DNA of 64,000 bases from a virus (taxonomy: Duplodnaviria > Caudoviricetes), in the IMG/VR virus record IMGVR_UViG_3300042473_001546, positions 7,399-71,398 of that record; one strand, written 5' to 3'. How positions within the stretch are numbered: position 1 is the first letter of the stretch; the number at the start of each line of letters is the position of its first letter. The translations under genes were made by a program, and so were the position numbers. Below are positions 1 through 8,842 of the stretch, piece after piece. The notes under the pieces are model-generated. The model made no database searches. It was not told where the DNA came from and was given only the letters and a program-made list of their open reading frames with translations.

Positions 1-387
1 AAGGGCACTGGCAAAACTCAACAAATCTCAATCCAAGCCAATGGTGGACTGTCAGAGGCTGAGATTTTAGAAATGATCCGTCAAGCTGAAGAAAACGAAG
101 CAGCAGACCAGGAGCGTCGGCGCGTTGCAGACGCACGCAACAATGCTGATGGCGTTATCGCTTCAGTAGAGCGGGTGCTTAAGGAAAATGTCGACAAAAT
201 CTCTGAAAGACTTCGTGCAGAAGCTGAACCCCAGTTAGCTACGTTGCGTCATGTATTAGACGGAGAGGATGTTGAAATCATTGAGAAAGAAACTACAAAA
301 CTTAGTGAAATCTCCATGAAGCTGGGTGAGGAAATCTACAAAAATACACAGGCTGAAACCTCAGCTGAACCCACCCAAAACTCTTGA
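1..387 (+). CDS. dnaK: DnaK/Hsp70, C-terminal part (5' truncated by window)
   Basis: Frame open from base 1: KGTGKTQQISIQANGGLSEAEI..MIRQAEENEAADQERR..ARNNAD matches the DnaK lid region. Confidence 0.9.
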   Translation, partial: KGTGKTQQISIQANGGLSEAEILEMIRQAEENEAADQERRRVADARNNADGVIASVERVLKENVDKISERLRAEAEPQLATLRHVLDGEDVEIIEKETTKLSEISMKLGEEIYKNTQAETSAEPTQNS

Positions 388-462
388 GCTCCAAAGAAGG
401 CAGCATTGAAGACTGCTGCCTTCCTTCTTGACTGAACAATTGTTTCCGCATATGCTGCGCAC

Positions 463-681
463 ATGAGCGATGAACCAGCATACTTCAAACGGCGTGTGAG
501 CCGCACAAAATACTACTACAACCCAAATTTTGGCGACAGTCGAGTGTGTGCTGACCCAGAATGCCAGCACACCTATGCAAGACATTTTGACCCCTACGAG
601 GATTGGGCTGCTGCGGGCTGCAAATATTGCAGTTGCAGCAAATTCAAAACCTCACGCAAGCTTGTGTGTAATCCAGCTTGA
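463..681 (+). CDS. Small Cys-rich hypothetical protein
   Basis: 72-aa ORF with CxxxxC..H and CxxCxC. Confidence 0.6.
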   Translation: MSDEPAYFKRRVSRTKYYYNPNFGDSRVCADPECQHTYARHFDPYEDWAAAGCKYCSCSKFKTSRKLVCNPA

Positions 682-731
682 CATGCACGCGCATGTGTGC
701 TATAGAGGCACACTGAATAAGGAGTATCCTA

Positions 732-1232
732 GTGCCTGAATTTTTGGTTTGCGCAAAGAGTCAAGTGCGTGCTCGTGTGAGAAGCATGGATGCAACACAC
801 CTAGTGACTCTTTTGGATCCTGGTGATGATGTCCACAAGCCCAACAGGATCAGTCCTGAAAATTGGATTTGGCTTCGTGTGGAAGATGAGGAAAATTCCA
901 CTTGTGCCAACGCACCTACTCTTGCTCATGCCCAGAGAGTCATTGATTTCGGTGCATCACTACCTTTTGATGCTCGTGTCGTAGTACACTGCTACGCCGG
1001 AGTAAGCAGAAGTACAGCCACTGGATTGGCACTCTGGCTCCAAAGCAACGGCACACACCGTCTTGAGGAGGCTGAAGCTTGGCTGTTGGCTCATCGTGAA
1101 AGGCCTTGCCCAAATATGCTGTTGGCTGAACATTTTGACCATCTGTTGGGGATGAATGGGGAGTTTGTGCGGCTGTGCGATCAGATTGGTGAAGGCAGTA
1201 TGGCTCGTTGGTGGAAAACTCAAGAGCTATAA
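732..1232 (+). CDS. Protein-tyrosine/dual-specificity phosphatase-like protein
   Basis: HCYAGVSRS (CX5R) motif; SD AAGGAG; promoter at 678-706. Confidence 0.85.
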   Translation: MPEFLVCAKSQVRARVRSMDATHLVTLLDPGDDVHKPNRISPENWIWLRVEDEENSTCANAPTLAHAQRVIDFGASLPFDARVVVHCYAGVSRSTATGLALWLQSNGTHRLEEAEAWLLAHRERPCPNMLLAEHFDHLLGMNGEFVRLCDQIGEGSMARWWKTQEL

Positions 1233-1295
1233 ACTAACGGGTTTTGGTAAGCCCACAATATTTTAAATACCTTATGTTTTTGAGGTATTTGCCAA

Positions 1296-1412
1296 ATGGC
1301 TGCAACCATTAGAGCCTTCAGAAAAATTTGGGTCATGACATTTGTGGCACTGTCAAGTGCCACAGCCTTTTATTTGGCAGCAGCATTGGGCTGGGCAACT
1401 TTTTGGTGGTAG
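1296..1412 (+). CDS. 38-aa hydrophobic peptide (not in ORF track)
   Basis: MAATIRAFRKIWVMTFVALSSATAFYLAAALGWATFWW; SD GAGGT; TAAATA upstream. Confidence 0.45.
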   Translation: MAATIRAFRKIWVMTFVALSSATAFYLAAALGWATFWW

Positions 1413-1419
1413 GAACAAT

Positions 1420-1905
1420 TTGGCGACAGGCGATTTTATTAAACAACATTTGTCTAAATTTCAATTTGCGGCAGTGGCAATTACAATATTGCTGGGTGCA
1501 CACACAATTTACGACAGATTTTTCAAAACTGCTGAACCGGTGTTGATTTGGGATCCAGAAGGTTTCGGCATCACGCCCACAAACAGCTACAGCAGTTTTC
1601 AAGTGGCAGCCAGCCGGAAAAAATTCCGCGATGATTGTCCGTTGCGCAGCTTTGATGCACACATAATAGACCGAGATGGTTTTATTCATCAAATCACCAC
1701 CAGCGCCAATCGAAGTGTTGGTAAGACTTCAACAGGTTTTGAAAATTTCCAGTTTCTCATCAAAATAAATGATCTTGAGTCTGTGCCAGGAGGCAAGGCT
1801 CGATTGCGTGGAATTTTGGTATATGAATGCAAGGAAGGGCAACAAGTAATTGAATATCCTGAAACAGACCGATTAACTTTGGAGATTGTAAGTGGATCAA
1901 AATAA
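1420..1905 (+). CDS. Hypothetical protein with N-terminal TM anchor
   Basis: TTG start after AGGAA; hydrophobic AAVAITILLGA segment. Confidence 0.55.
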   Translation: MATGDFIKQHLSKFQFAAVAITILLGAHTIYDRFFKTAEPVLIWDPEGFGITPTNSYSSFQVAASRKKFRDDCPLRSFDAHIIDRDGFIHQITTSANRSVGKTSTGFENFQFLIKINDLESVPGGKARLRGILVYECKEGQQVIEYPETDRLTLEIVSGSK

Positions 1906-2161
1906 GAAAAGTCCAAACAACTGGAAAGACTATGCAGGCATAGCAGTATGCAGTGTCACAGTCTTGGCATTCATTGCCATTGGCTTCATCATCATGGCAG
2001 CCAAAACAGCTGGTGTAGACATGAGCCCTCCGGGTGATTGGATGGCTGCTATGCTGAGTTTGGCCAGCACTGCACTTGGTTGGCTAGCTGGTCAGAAGGG
2101 CAGCAAGGAATCTGAGTCAATACCCGCTCCTCCAGTTGAGAAAACTTTGCCCATCAGCTGA
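1892..2161 (+). CDS. Two-TM small membrane protein (holin-like topology)
   Basis: Two hydrophobic helices, charged C-tail. Confidence 0.55.
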   Translation: MDQNKKSPNNWKDYAGIAVCSVTVLAFIAIGFIIMAAKTAGVDMSPPGDWMAAMLSLASTALGWLAGQKGSKESESIPAPPVEKTLPIS

Positions 2162-2257
2162 ATTTTGTCACACTAGTCCTTATAATGAAAATCCCAAAGG
2201 CTAACTGTCTATAACAAAAAATTGTAGAGTTTTTGGACACTTGGTGTTGACGCACTT

Positions 2258-2765
2258 GTGTCTGCTGTAGCAAACTAATGTCTACAGCAGACACGATATG
2301 GCGGTAATTGGCTCCGCTGGCGGAAGGGATGGTACTCCATCAGGAACGCAAACAAATCGGTAGACTCTGCCTGCCGGACCGAGAAGCACAGCTGGTTCCC
2401 TCACAAAGAAGCTCTCCAGTTCGAACTCGGAATACACGGTCAAGTGGAACATAGACCCAAAATTATCTTCAACATGTGAGGCATGTTGCCAAAGGATCGC
2501 TCTGTTTTGTGCATGAACATCGATCACGGAATTGGTTTGTTTATGGTTTTCAAACCAATTTTTTCCGCTGCATCTACTTAGTAGAGAGACAGGTTGTGGA
2601 CAGGAATGTCTGAGGGTACCGTGCAACCGCCCCAAGTGCTAACACACTCACAACAAAACCATCTGAGACTGGTGCCTATAGTAGTAGTCTTGTTTTTGTT
2701 TTCCCACATATTTGTTGGGAGAGCATGTTCTGAGTCCCAATACCTGCGTAGATATGAGTTAGTTT
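2258..2765 (+). other. Hairpin-rich non-coding stretch, candidate structured RNA
   Basis: 13-bp perfect inverted repeat 2258-2270/2282-2294 plus several further stems; no credible ORF; strand inferred from TTGACG at 2247. Confidence 0.35.
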
Positions 2766-3113
2766 TTAAAAACTCTTTCCCCAATTGCGCATCAATATTC
2801 CAGCAACAGAATTGGCTTCGTTCTCAATAGCACTTCCTGTTTCACCATCCTGATTGGTTAACTCTTGTAGCTCACTTTGCTTCTGGTGAACCAGTTCATG
2901 TGCGATAGTCCGACAAATATCCAATAGGTGGCGACCGTCAACAGACACTGTAATCTTCCTGTTGATGGGATCATAACCACCAAAAGTGCTTTGTATGCCA
3001 TGTTTCATACGACTGGATCGTAATCTTACTACCACTGGAGTTTGGATATCTAATTCTTTTTTGGCCCATTTGACAAAATTTGTGATTTCAGGAACTAGGG
3101 GATGGCTTTTCAT
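2766..3113 (-). CDS. Zincin-like metallopeptidase domain protein
   Basis: RTIAHELVH (HExxH) plus downstream ENEAN; ATG 5 nt after TAAATA. Confidence 0.7.
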   Translation of the reverse strand: MKSHPLVPEITNFVKWAKKELDIQTPVVVRLRSSRMKHGIQSTFGGYDPINRKITVSVDGRHLLDICRTIAHELVHQKQSELQELTNQDGETGSAIENEANSVAGILMRNWGKSF

Positions 3114-3181
3114 ACACATATTTAGGTTGACACTTTGGGGAAGGAATGCTACGTTCTCCACATAGAGAGAAGGTTAACAGC

Positions 3182-3601
3182 ATGTCAGGATTGCCGGCTG
3201 ATGGTGAACGGGTAAGGATTGAAAGTCGGGACCTTACCAAAGTTCAGGGTTGGCCTGCTAATCGAACCTCAATTTTTGAGGGCATTGTAGTTCCAACTTT
3301 TTCTTGGCTAGAGGGGCCACATATTTGTATCACAAGTAATGATATAAAAATCCCTGTGCGCAGTTTCAAAATGGAACACGTAGTCAAGATTGTTCGAGCT
3401 GATGGCAGTGAAACCTTGCCGCCTTCTGTAGCTCCTGTGAAAAAGGAAAAAGACACCAGCTGGATGGTAACAGGCAGCAAAGGCGCATCGTATGTGGTGT
3501 CTAGGAGCGGCAGCCGTTGGCACTGCTCGTGTGTGGCGGGCGGTTTTGGCCGAGCCTGCAAACATGTTAAGGAAATTCAAGCCAAAATGGCCAATTCATG
3601 A
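3182..3601 (+). CDS. SWIM zinc-finger protein
   Basis: GSKGASYVV...WHCSC......RACKH. Confidence 0.8.
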   Translation: MSGLPADGERVRIESRDLTKVQGWPANRTSIFEGIVVPTFSWLEGPHICITSNDIKIPVRSFKMEHVVKIVRADGSETLPPSVAPVKKEKDTSWMVTGSKGASYVVSRSGSRWHCSCVAGGFGRACKHVKEIQAKMANS

Positions 3602-3611
3602 AAGGAAAAAC

Positions 3612-3803
3612 ATGTCAAAACTAGGAACAATGAAGAAGGTTGGTGAATCCTTCAACATCTATCGGTATGACAACGGATGGATGGTTGAAATCACCGGACG
3701 CGACAAGGAAAGTGATTGGATTACATCGAAGATTGTCTGCAACAGCGAACAAGAAGTAGTAGCTTTGTTCACCCAATACAACACAATTGAAATTGATCGC
3801 TAA
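3612..3803 (+). CDS. Hypothetical phage protein
   Basis: MSKLGTMKKVGESFNIYRYDNG; SD AAGGA. Confidence 0.7.
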   Translation: MSKLGTMKKVGESFNIYRYDNGWMVEITGRDKESDWITSKIVCNSEQEVVALFTQYNTIEIDR

Positions 3804-3811
3804 TCATAGAC

Positions 3812-3839
3812 AAAAAAGCCCGCTTAACGCGGGCTTTTT
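3812..3839. terminator. Bidirectional intrinsic terminator
   Basis: AAAAAAGCCCGC-TTAAC-GCGGGCTTTTT between convergent genes. Confidence 0.85.
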
Positions 3840-3841
3840 GC

Positions 3842-3997
3842 TTATTTCTTTTGAGGCCAAATATCTTTGATATTGACCTTGCTCATTTCTGTTACCAAAT
3901 TCATATGAGCCTCATACATTTTTGCTGCTGTGTCCATATAAGTTGCGGCTACAGCAGCATACCAATTGGTAACGCTTCGTGCGATATCGTTGTTCAT
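3842..3997 (-). CDS. Small amphipathic helical protein
   Basis: MNNDIARS.., SD GGGGAG, TAAATA upstream. Confidence 0.55.
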   Translation of the reverse strand: MNNDIARSVTNWYAAVAATYMDTAAKMYEAHMNLVTEMSKVNIKDIWPQKK

Positions 3998-4060
3998 TGT
4001 TATTCTCCCCTTTGTGTCTAGTCTATTTATGTTGCGGTGCAACATCATAGATGTCAACCT

Positions 4061-4651
4061 TCACCAGCGAGCATTTTTTTCAAATCCAGCATCTTCCAAT
4101 TCTTTTTGGGCATCAAACATTGCACGTTTTCCTTGTCCTGCATATCTTCTTAAGATGTCTTTGACCTTCTCAGCTGCTCGATTTTCAATTGCATTGGTGT
4201 TACCATATGCAATGCCTATTCGGCAGGCATTCAACAACCGAAGAACCGGAAGAGTAGAGCTCCAGGTGAAAATTACAGCTTCTACACTAGCAGGAAACCC
4301 CTCTAGACTTTGTAGTCTAGGCATTAAGCTTATGTTGAACACTCCACCAACAGTGTCTGGCGCACCCCTCAAATCAGATAGCTTGTTTCGGTCTACCAAA
4401 CAGTCTCCTGTGACTTCACCAGGACAGCCATATAACGAACTCAAGTTGCTGTCTCGAACATTGAATGTACCCACAACCTTACCAAAGGCAAATGGCAAGC
4501 TGCCATTGGGAAATCTATATTGGCTTGGCCTTATATCAGAATACACATTCAGTCTGCCTTGACTATCAAAATCATATTTTTTGTCTTCAATTATTGAATA
4601 GGCAACAAAATAGGAATTCAACTCCTGTAAAATCTTCTCTTTGTCTACCAT
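4061..4651 (-). CDS. Variable LRR protein with conserved C-tail (array 1, last gene)
   Basis: LSSLYGCPGEVTGD-type 21-aa repeats; YAGQGKRAMFDAQKELEDAGFEKNARW. Confidence 0.85.
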   Translation of the reverse strand: MVDKEKILQELNSYFVAYSIIEDKKYDFDSQGRLNVYSDIRPSQYRFPNGSLPFAFGKVVGTFNVRDSNLSSLYGCPGEVTGDCLVDRNKLSDLRGAPDTVGGVFNISLMPRLQSLEGFPASVEAVIFTWSSTLPVLRLLNACRIGIAYGNTNAIENRAAEKVKDILRRYAGQGKRAMFDAQKELEDAGFEKNARW

Positions 4652-5199
4652 TTTGCGTTGCCTTCAAATCCTGCATCTTCCAAGTCTTTTTGACAATCAA
4701 ACATTGCTCGTTTGCCTTGACCTGCATATTTGTTCATTATTGCCATGACCCTAGGTTGGCCATACAGCACTACCTCACGGGCGTTTAGAGTTCTCAGCAA
4801 TGGCAGGGATGGCCCCCATTTCAAACTGACCCTTTTGCCTACCTTTTGTGGAAAGCCGTCAAGAGAAACAAGCGGGTTGCGGTTTACAAAAAAATTGCCA
4901 CCCACCTCTAAGGGAGCACCAATCAGTGTGGTGAGCTTGTTACCAGCCAACTCACAGTCGCCAGTTACAAGTTGGGGCATGTTGTGTAAGGTTTTAAGGC
5001 CTTTTTCTTCAGCAACAAAATCCCCCGTCACTGTGCCGAACTTGACTGGTATCTCAGCCAGTTCATCAAGCATGTAAACATTCCACTGCACATCTACTGT
5101 GCCATCATCACGTATTTGCATTTGTTTGGATAGGCGATATTGATCACCAGGGTCAAAGTATTTGCACCACACTCTCAAGATCTCTTCTTTGTCTACCAT
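4645..5199 (-). CDS. Variable LRR protein (array 1)
   Basis: MVDK start, LTTLIGAPLEVGGNF repeats, conserved tail. Confidence 0.85.
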   Translation of the reverse strand: MVDKEEILRVWCKYFDPGDQYRLSKQMQIRDDGTVDVQWNVYMLDELAEIPVKFGTVTGDFVAEEKGLKTLHNMPQLVTGDCELAGNKLTTLIGAPLEVGGNFFVNRNPLVSLDGFPQKVGKRVSLKWGPSLPLLRTLNAREVVLYGQPRVMAIMNKYAGQGKRAMFDCQKDLEDAGFEGNAKW

Positions 5200-5786
5200 C
5201 GAGCATTCCCTTCAAATCCAGCATCTTCCAATTCTTTTTGACAATCAAACATGCCCTTTTTGCCAAATCTGCGATATTTTCTCAAAATACTCAACACTTG
5301 TTTGGGGTGGGAGTCAGCTGGATCGCGCATTTGAAACCATTCCAGCTCGATCCATTTGCATGTTAGGAGTCGCAACATAGGCATATTTGGATACCAAGAT
5401 ACAACTACACTTTGGTCTGGAGGTAAACCTTCAAGACTCTTGAAGTTAATTCCAGAAATATTGAGTTGGCCAGAGATTTGTTGGGTCAATCCCACAAGAT
5501 TGGTCAGTGGATTGTCATCAATGCTCATGCTACCGTGCACAACTTCTGGGCTGCCTTCTAGGCTTGTCAATCCACAGTTGTTCATACCCACATTACCATG
5601 GATAGTCCCAAAATTCACTGGCCACATGCCGTCAGGCATGTGCAGGCCATTTCTTCTTATAACATTGCCAAGGATGTTAAGAGAACCGTTTTCTTTCAGA
5701 AATCTGTATCTGCCTCTCTGGATGATGTCTTCAGAATTTTCAAAATAGTGTTCAAAAATACGTAATATAGATTCTTCATCTACCAT
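5193..5786 (-). CDS. Variable LRR protein (array 1)
   Basis: LTSLEGSPEVVHGS repeats, conserved tail. Confidence 0.85.
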   Translation of the reverse strand: MVDEESILRIFEHYFENSEDIIQRGRYRFLKENGSLNILGNVIRRNGLHMPDGMWPVNFGTIHGNVGMNNCGLTSLEGSPEVVHGSMSIDDNPLTNLVGLTQQISGQLNISGINFKSLEGLPPDQSVVVSWYPNMPMLRLLTCKWIELEWFQMRDPADSHPKQVLSILRKYRRFGKKGMFDCQKELEDAGFEGNARW

Positions 5787-6538
5787 TTTGCGTTTCCTTC
5801 ATAGCCAGAGTCTTCCAGTTCTTTTTGGCAATCAAACAAAGCCCGTTTGCCTTGCCCTGCGTATTTCATAAGGATGTTTTTCACAGCTCTAGCATCTTGA
5901 TTCAAAGTAGGATACAATCCTATGTCATCTGCAACCAATGTTCGTAATAACGGGAGATTTTTGTGATACGGGCCCCAAAAACCCGCCATTTCTCGTGGCG
6001 CACCATCAAGGCTTGTTAATGGGGTATCTATGCAAGTGAAATAGCCTGAGACTTTGGTGGGAGCACCTTTGAGATTGGTGAGATTATTGATGTCACAGCG
6101 AAAATCACCATTGACACTATCAGGCCCACCTTCAAGAGAAGACAGTTGATTCTTATAGCAAAAAAAACTGCCGGGAGAGATGTTTGGTACCCCCTTCAAG
6201 CTATTCAGCTTGTTATGATTGACCGAAGTTACCCCGCCCACTGTTTTTGGAAAACCTTCAAGTGTCTCAAGTTCATTCTCACGAGCATCAAAATCACCCA
6301 TAACTTCGAAAGGACTGCCCAACAGACTAGTTAAGTTGTTTTTTGAGCAGAGGAAATCTCCTGTAACCAATTTGAAACGGCAAGGCAAAATTGTTGCAGA
6401 GAGCCGGAGACTCACGTTGCCATATGCTGATACTAGGCCTGCATCATCCACCTCTATTTTTCCTGAATGACTTGTCCCGGCATGAAAATCAAAGTTATAG
6501 TGAAATATTTTCAGGACACTTTCCCGTAGACTTACCAT
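5780..6538 (-). CDS. Variable LRR protein (array 1, about 6 repeats)
   Basis: 21-aa LxxLxGxPxxVxGxFxCxxN repeats, conserved tail. Confidence 0.85.
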   Translation of the reverse strand: MVSLRESVLKIFHYNFDFHAGTSHSGKIEVDDAGLVSAYGNVSLRLSATILPCRFKLVTGDFLCSKNNLTSLLGSPFEVMGDFDARENELETLEGFPKTVGGVTSVNHNKLNSLKGVPNISPGSFFCYKNQLSSLEGGPDSVNGDFRCDINNLTNLKGAPTKVSGYFTCIDTPLTSLDGAPREMAGFWGPYHKNLPLLRTLVADDIGLYPTLNQDARAVKNILMKYAGQGKRALFDCQKELEDSGYEGNAKW

Positions 6539-7107
6539 CTGGCATTGCCTTCATACCCTGCATCTTCCAGTTCTTTTTGGCAATCAAACAAAGCCCTTTT
6601 GCCTTGCCCTTCGTATTTTTTCATAATAGCAACAGGGGGTTTATGGTCTAAGCTCAAATTGGCAAACACAATTTGTGGTGCCACCAAGGCCCTCAACAAA
6701 GGCAACTGGGGATGGTAGGGAAGGTATAAGGTGTTTCCAATTTCAGAGGCAAGGCCGTCAAGGTTCTCCAACGGATTATTGCTAGCCTCGTAGGTCCCTC
6801 CTACTTTTTTTGGCCCACCAAGCAAGGTGGTCAATTTGTTGCCGCTGCAATAGAAATTTTGTCTAACCGTCAGTGGGCAACCTTCTAGAGAGGTTAAATT
6901 GCGGTTTTGTATTTGCATACTGAAATTCGCTGCTTCAAATTCCACCGGCAATTTTCCATCAGGCGGACTACGCCACAAGAAAACATTGTTCAAAACAGTG
7001 ATTTTGCCAGTGGTGGGATTGATATTGAGACTGCCTTTTGAGGTTACAAAGCCTGGACCATCAAAATACGTTCTGTAACTTTTCTCAATTTCTTTCACAT
7101 TTACCAT
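6532..7107 (-). CDS. Variable LRR protein (array 1, first gene)
   Basis: Start re-set to MVNVKE at 7107 (SD GAAGGA); conserved tail. Confidence 0.85.
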   Translation of the reverse strand: MVNVKEIEKSYRTYFDGPGFVTSKGSLNINPTTGKITVLNNVFLWRSPPDGKLPVEFEAANFSMQIQNRNLTSLEGCPLTVRQNFYCSGNKLTTLLGGPKKVGGTYEASNNPLENLDGLASEIGNTLYLPYHPQLPLLRALVAPQIVFANLSLDHKPPVAIMKKYEGQGKRALFDCQKELEDAGYEGNARW

Positions 7108-7166
7108 CTTGCATTCCTTCAAACTTATCAAGTTCCAGTTTTTTGACCATCAAATAAGACACGTTT
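7101..7166 (-). pseudogene. Decayed orphan copy of the conserved LRR-family tail
   Basis: AAACGTGTCTTATTTGATGGTCAAAAAACTGGAACTTGATAAGTTTGAAGGAATGCAAGATGGTAA reads KRVLFDGQK/LELDKFEG/ARW* with two indels. Confidence 0.75.
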
Positions 7167-7255
7167 TCATAGGCTTGCGTCATACAGATCTTCCAATGAG
7201 GTGCAATATTTAGGTTTGGGTTGACACATTTCAAGAACCTTGTAAGCTGCGCAGT

Positions 7256-7651
7256 ATGACACGCGAAAAAATGCACCAAGTGACTGTTGTCAAGGAATTT
7301 GTGGATTTGATTCACAAATTTCAACGGGCAACCAATTATAGCCTTTTCTCGGGCAGCCCCAGCTGGGGTGTCAGTAGGATGAGTATTCCTGAGTTTGACT
7401 TCACGTTTGACAGAGGTCTCTCACGTGGATGGGCAGACGCAGCCAAGAGCTTCCCTGATACCTGGGAGATGGAAATAGTGACTCCTGATGTTTTGGTATC
7501 AGCCAGAGTCTCAACCCCTGTTAGCTTTTATACCATGTGGGAAGACCTGTCAACTAAGTTGAATGCCAAATGGAATGTGGAGATTGTTGGTGACCTCAGT
7601 TCTTTGAGTGACGTCTCCACTTGGTTGAAACTCAGCTGGCCAGTTGACTAA
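7256..7651 (+). CDS. Hypothetical protein
   Basis: ORF following TTGACA at 7221. Confidence 0.6.
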   Translation: MTREKMHQVTVVKEFVDLIHKFQRATNYSLFSGSPSWGVSRMSIPEFDFTFDRGLSRGWADAAKSFPDTWEMEIVTPDVLVSARVSTPVSFYTMWEDLSTKLNAKWNVEIVGDLSSLSDVSTWLKLSWPVD

Positions 7652-7681
7652 TTCAGACTCATATATTTAAATAGTGTTGAA

Positions 7682-7726
7682 AGTGGACTTGGACTGTTCA
7701 TCCCACTCTAAACACTCTGTACAGTC
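7682..7726 (+). promoter_or_regulatory. Predicted H-type pseudoknot in queD leader
   Basis: AGTGG(7682)/CCACT(7703) and GACTGT(7692)/ACAGTC(7721) pairings. Confidence 0.4.
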
Positions 7727-7754
7727 ATCAAACACTCAGATTTGGAGAGAATAG

Positions 7755-8291
7755 ATGACATATTTACCAGCAGACACATATCAATACGTTTCAACTAAGG
7801 AATATGTCGATGCATTTCCTTGCGCCTATCGTCAATGGCGGGCTGATGACAAGCCCAATGGGATGCCAGGGTGCAACAAGATTCACGGCTACAGCTTCAG
7901 TGTGAAGTTTTATTTTGGTGCAAACACACTAGATGCACGTCGCTGGGTTGCAGATTACGGCGCACTCCGACCCTTGAAAAGTTTCCTTGAAGATCAACTG
8001 GATCACTGCCTCTTAGTGTCAGAAGATGATCCTGAGATCGAGTGGTACCGAGAAGCTCAAGCTCGTGGAATTGCCAAGGTTACAGTTCTGCCCAAGTTGG
8101 GGTGTGAAGGCTTGGCAGATATGCTATATCGCTACGTAAATGGGGTTTTCATTCCCGAGCAATGGGGAAGTGGCGAAGCAGCCCGAGTTTGGTGTTTTAG
8201 ATGCGAAGTCCGTGAAACCCAAGCTAACATGGCATATCGAGAAGGACATCGCAGCTGGCATAAGCCAGATTTGAGCGATCTTTTTGACTGA
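7755..8291 (+). CDS. queD: 6-carboxy-tetrahydropterin synthase / PTPS
   Basis: CNKIHGYSF, W..DYG.L...K..L....DH, GCEGLA, EVRET motifs. Confidence 0.85.
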   Translation: MTYLPADTYQYVSTKEYVDAFPCAYRQWRADDKPNGMPGCNKIHGYSFSVKFYFGANTLDARRWVADYGALRPLKSFLEDQLDHCLLVSEDDPEIEWYREAQARGIAKVTVLPKLGCEGLADMLYRYVNGVFIPEQWGSGEAARVWCFRCEVRETQANMAYREGHRSWHKPDLSDLFD

Positions 8292-8351
8292 TAGCACTTG
8301 ACACCTCTGTGTGCTGTGCTATAGTAGGCACACATACAGAGGACTTTTCAA

Positions 8352-8831
8352 ATGCTTGAGCAACATCAACTGCGTTATCTTGAGCGGCTTTGGAAAACTC
8401 AAGATAATGAAGTAGGTAAAAAACAAGAGCCTTGGTTCTATCTTGTTCTTGGACTTTGTGCAGTCTTTATGGTTTTCAATCCCTTTCCTGACTGGAAGCT
8501 GGGAGAGATGAGCAAGCTCATTAGTATCGTATATGTGCTGCTCACTACCATTTCAACCAGCATTTTGTGGATTATGGCCAGCCCCTCCCGAGTACAAAAC
8601 TGGAAGCTGGAACAAGTATTTGACAAAACTATGGTAGAAATGGCCTTGGAAAGCTCTTGGCGCGACACACTACGCTATGCTATTATCTTGGGTGTAGCAA
8701 TTGGATTTTACATCATGGGCAGCATTTGGGCAAGTGCTTTGACACTGATTTGGCTGGTTATGAAATTTGAGCTTAAACAACGTTGGAAAATGTTCATCGC
8801 ATATCGCATTCGTGAAATTCCCAACCGTTAG
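8352..8831 (+). CDS. Membrane protein
   Basis: About 4 TM segments; promoter at 8298-8325. Confidence 0.65.
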   Translation: MLEQHQLRYLERLWKTQDNEVGKKQEPWFYLVLGLCAVFMVFNPFPDWKLGEMSKLISIVYVLLTTISTSILWIMASPSRVQNWKLEQVFDKTMVEMALESSWRDTLRYAIILGVAIGFYIMGSIWASALTLIWLVMKFELKQRWKMFIAYRIREIPNR

Positions 8832-8842
8832 GGCTCACTCCC

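Noticed and set aside
2400-2445. tRNA (GTTCGAA T-loop-like motif)
   Set aside because: No cloverleaf or acceptor stem could be built by eye; tRNAscan-SE would be decisive
4061-7107. Stop-codon reassignment or readthrough making one LRR polyprotein
   Set aside because: Adjacent genes are in different frames, junctions use both TAG and TAA, and TAG/TGA terminate recognisable genes elsewhere
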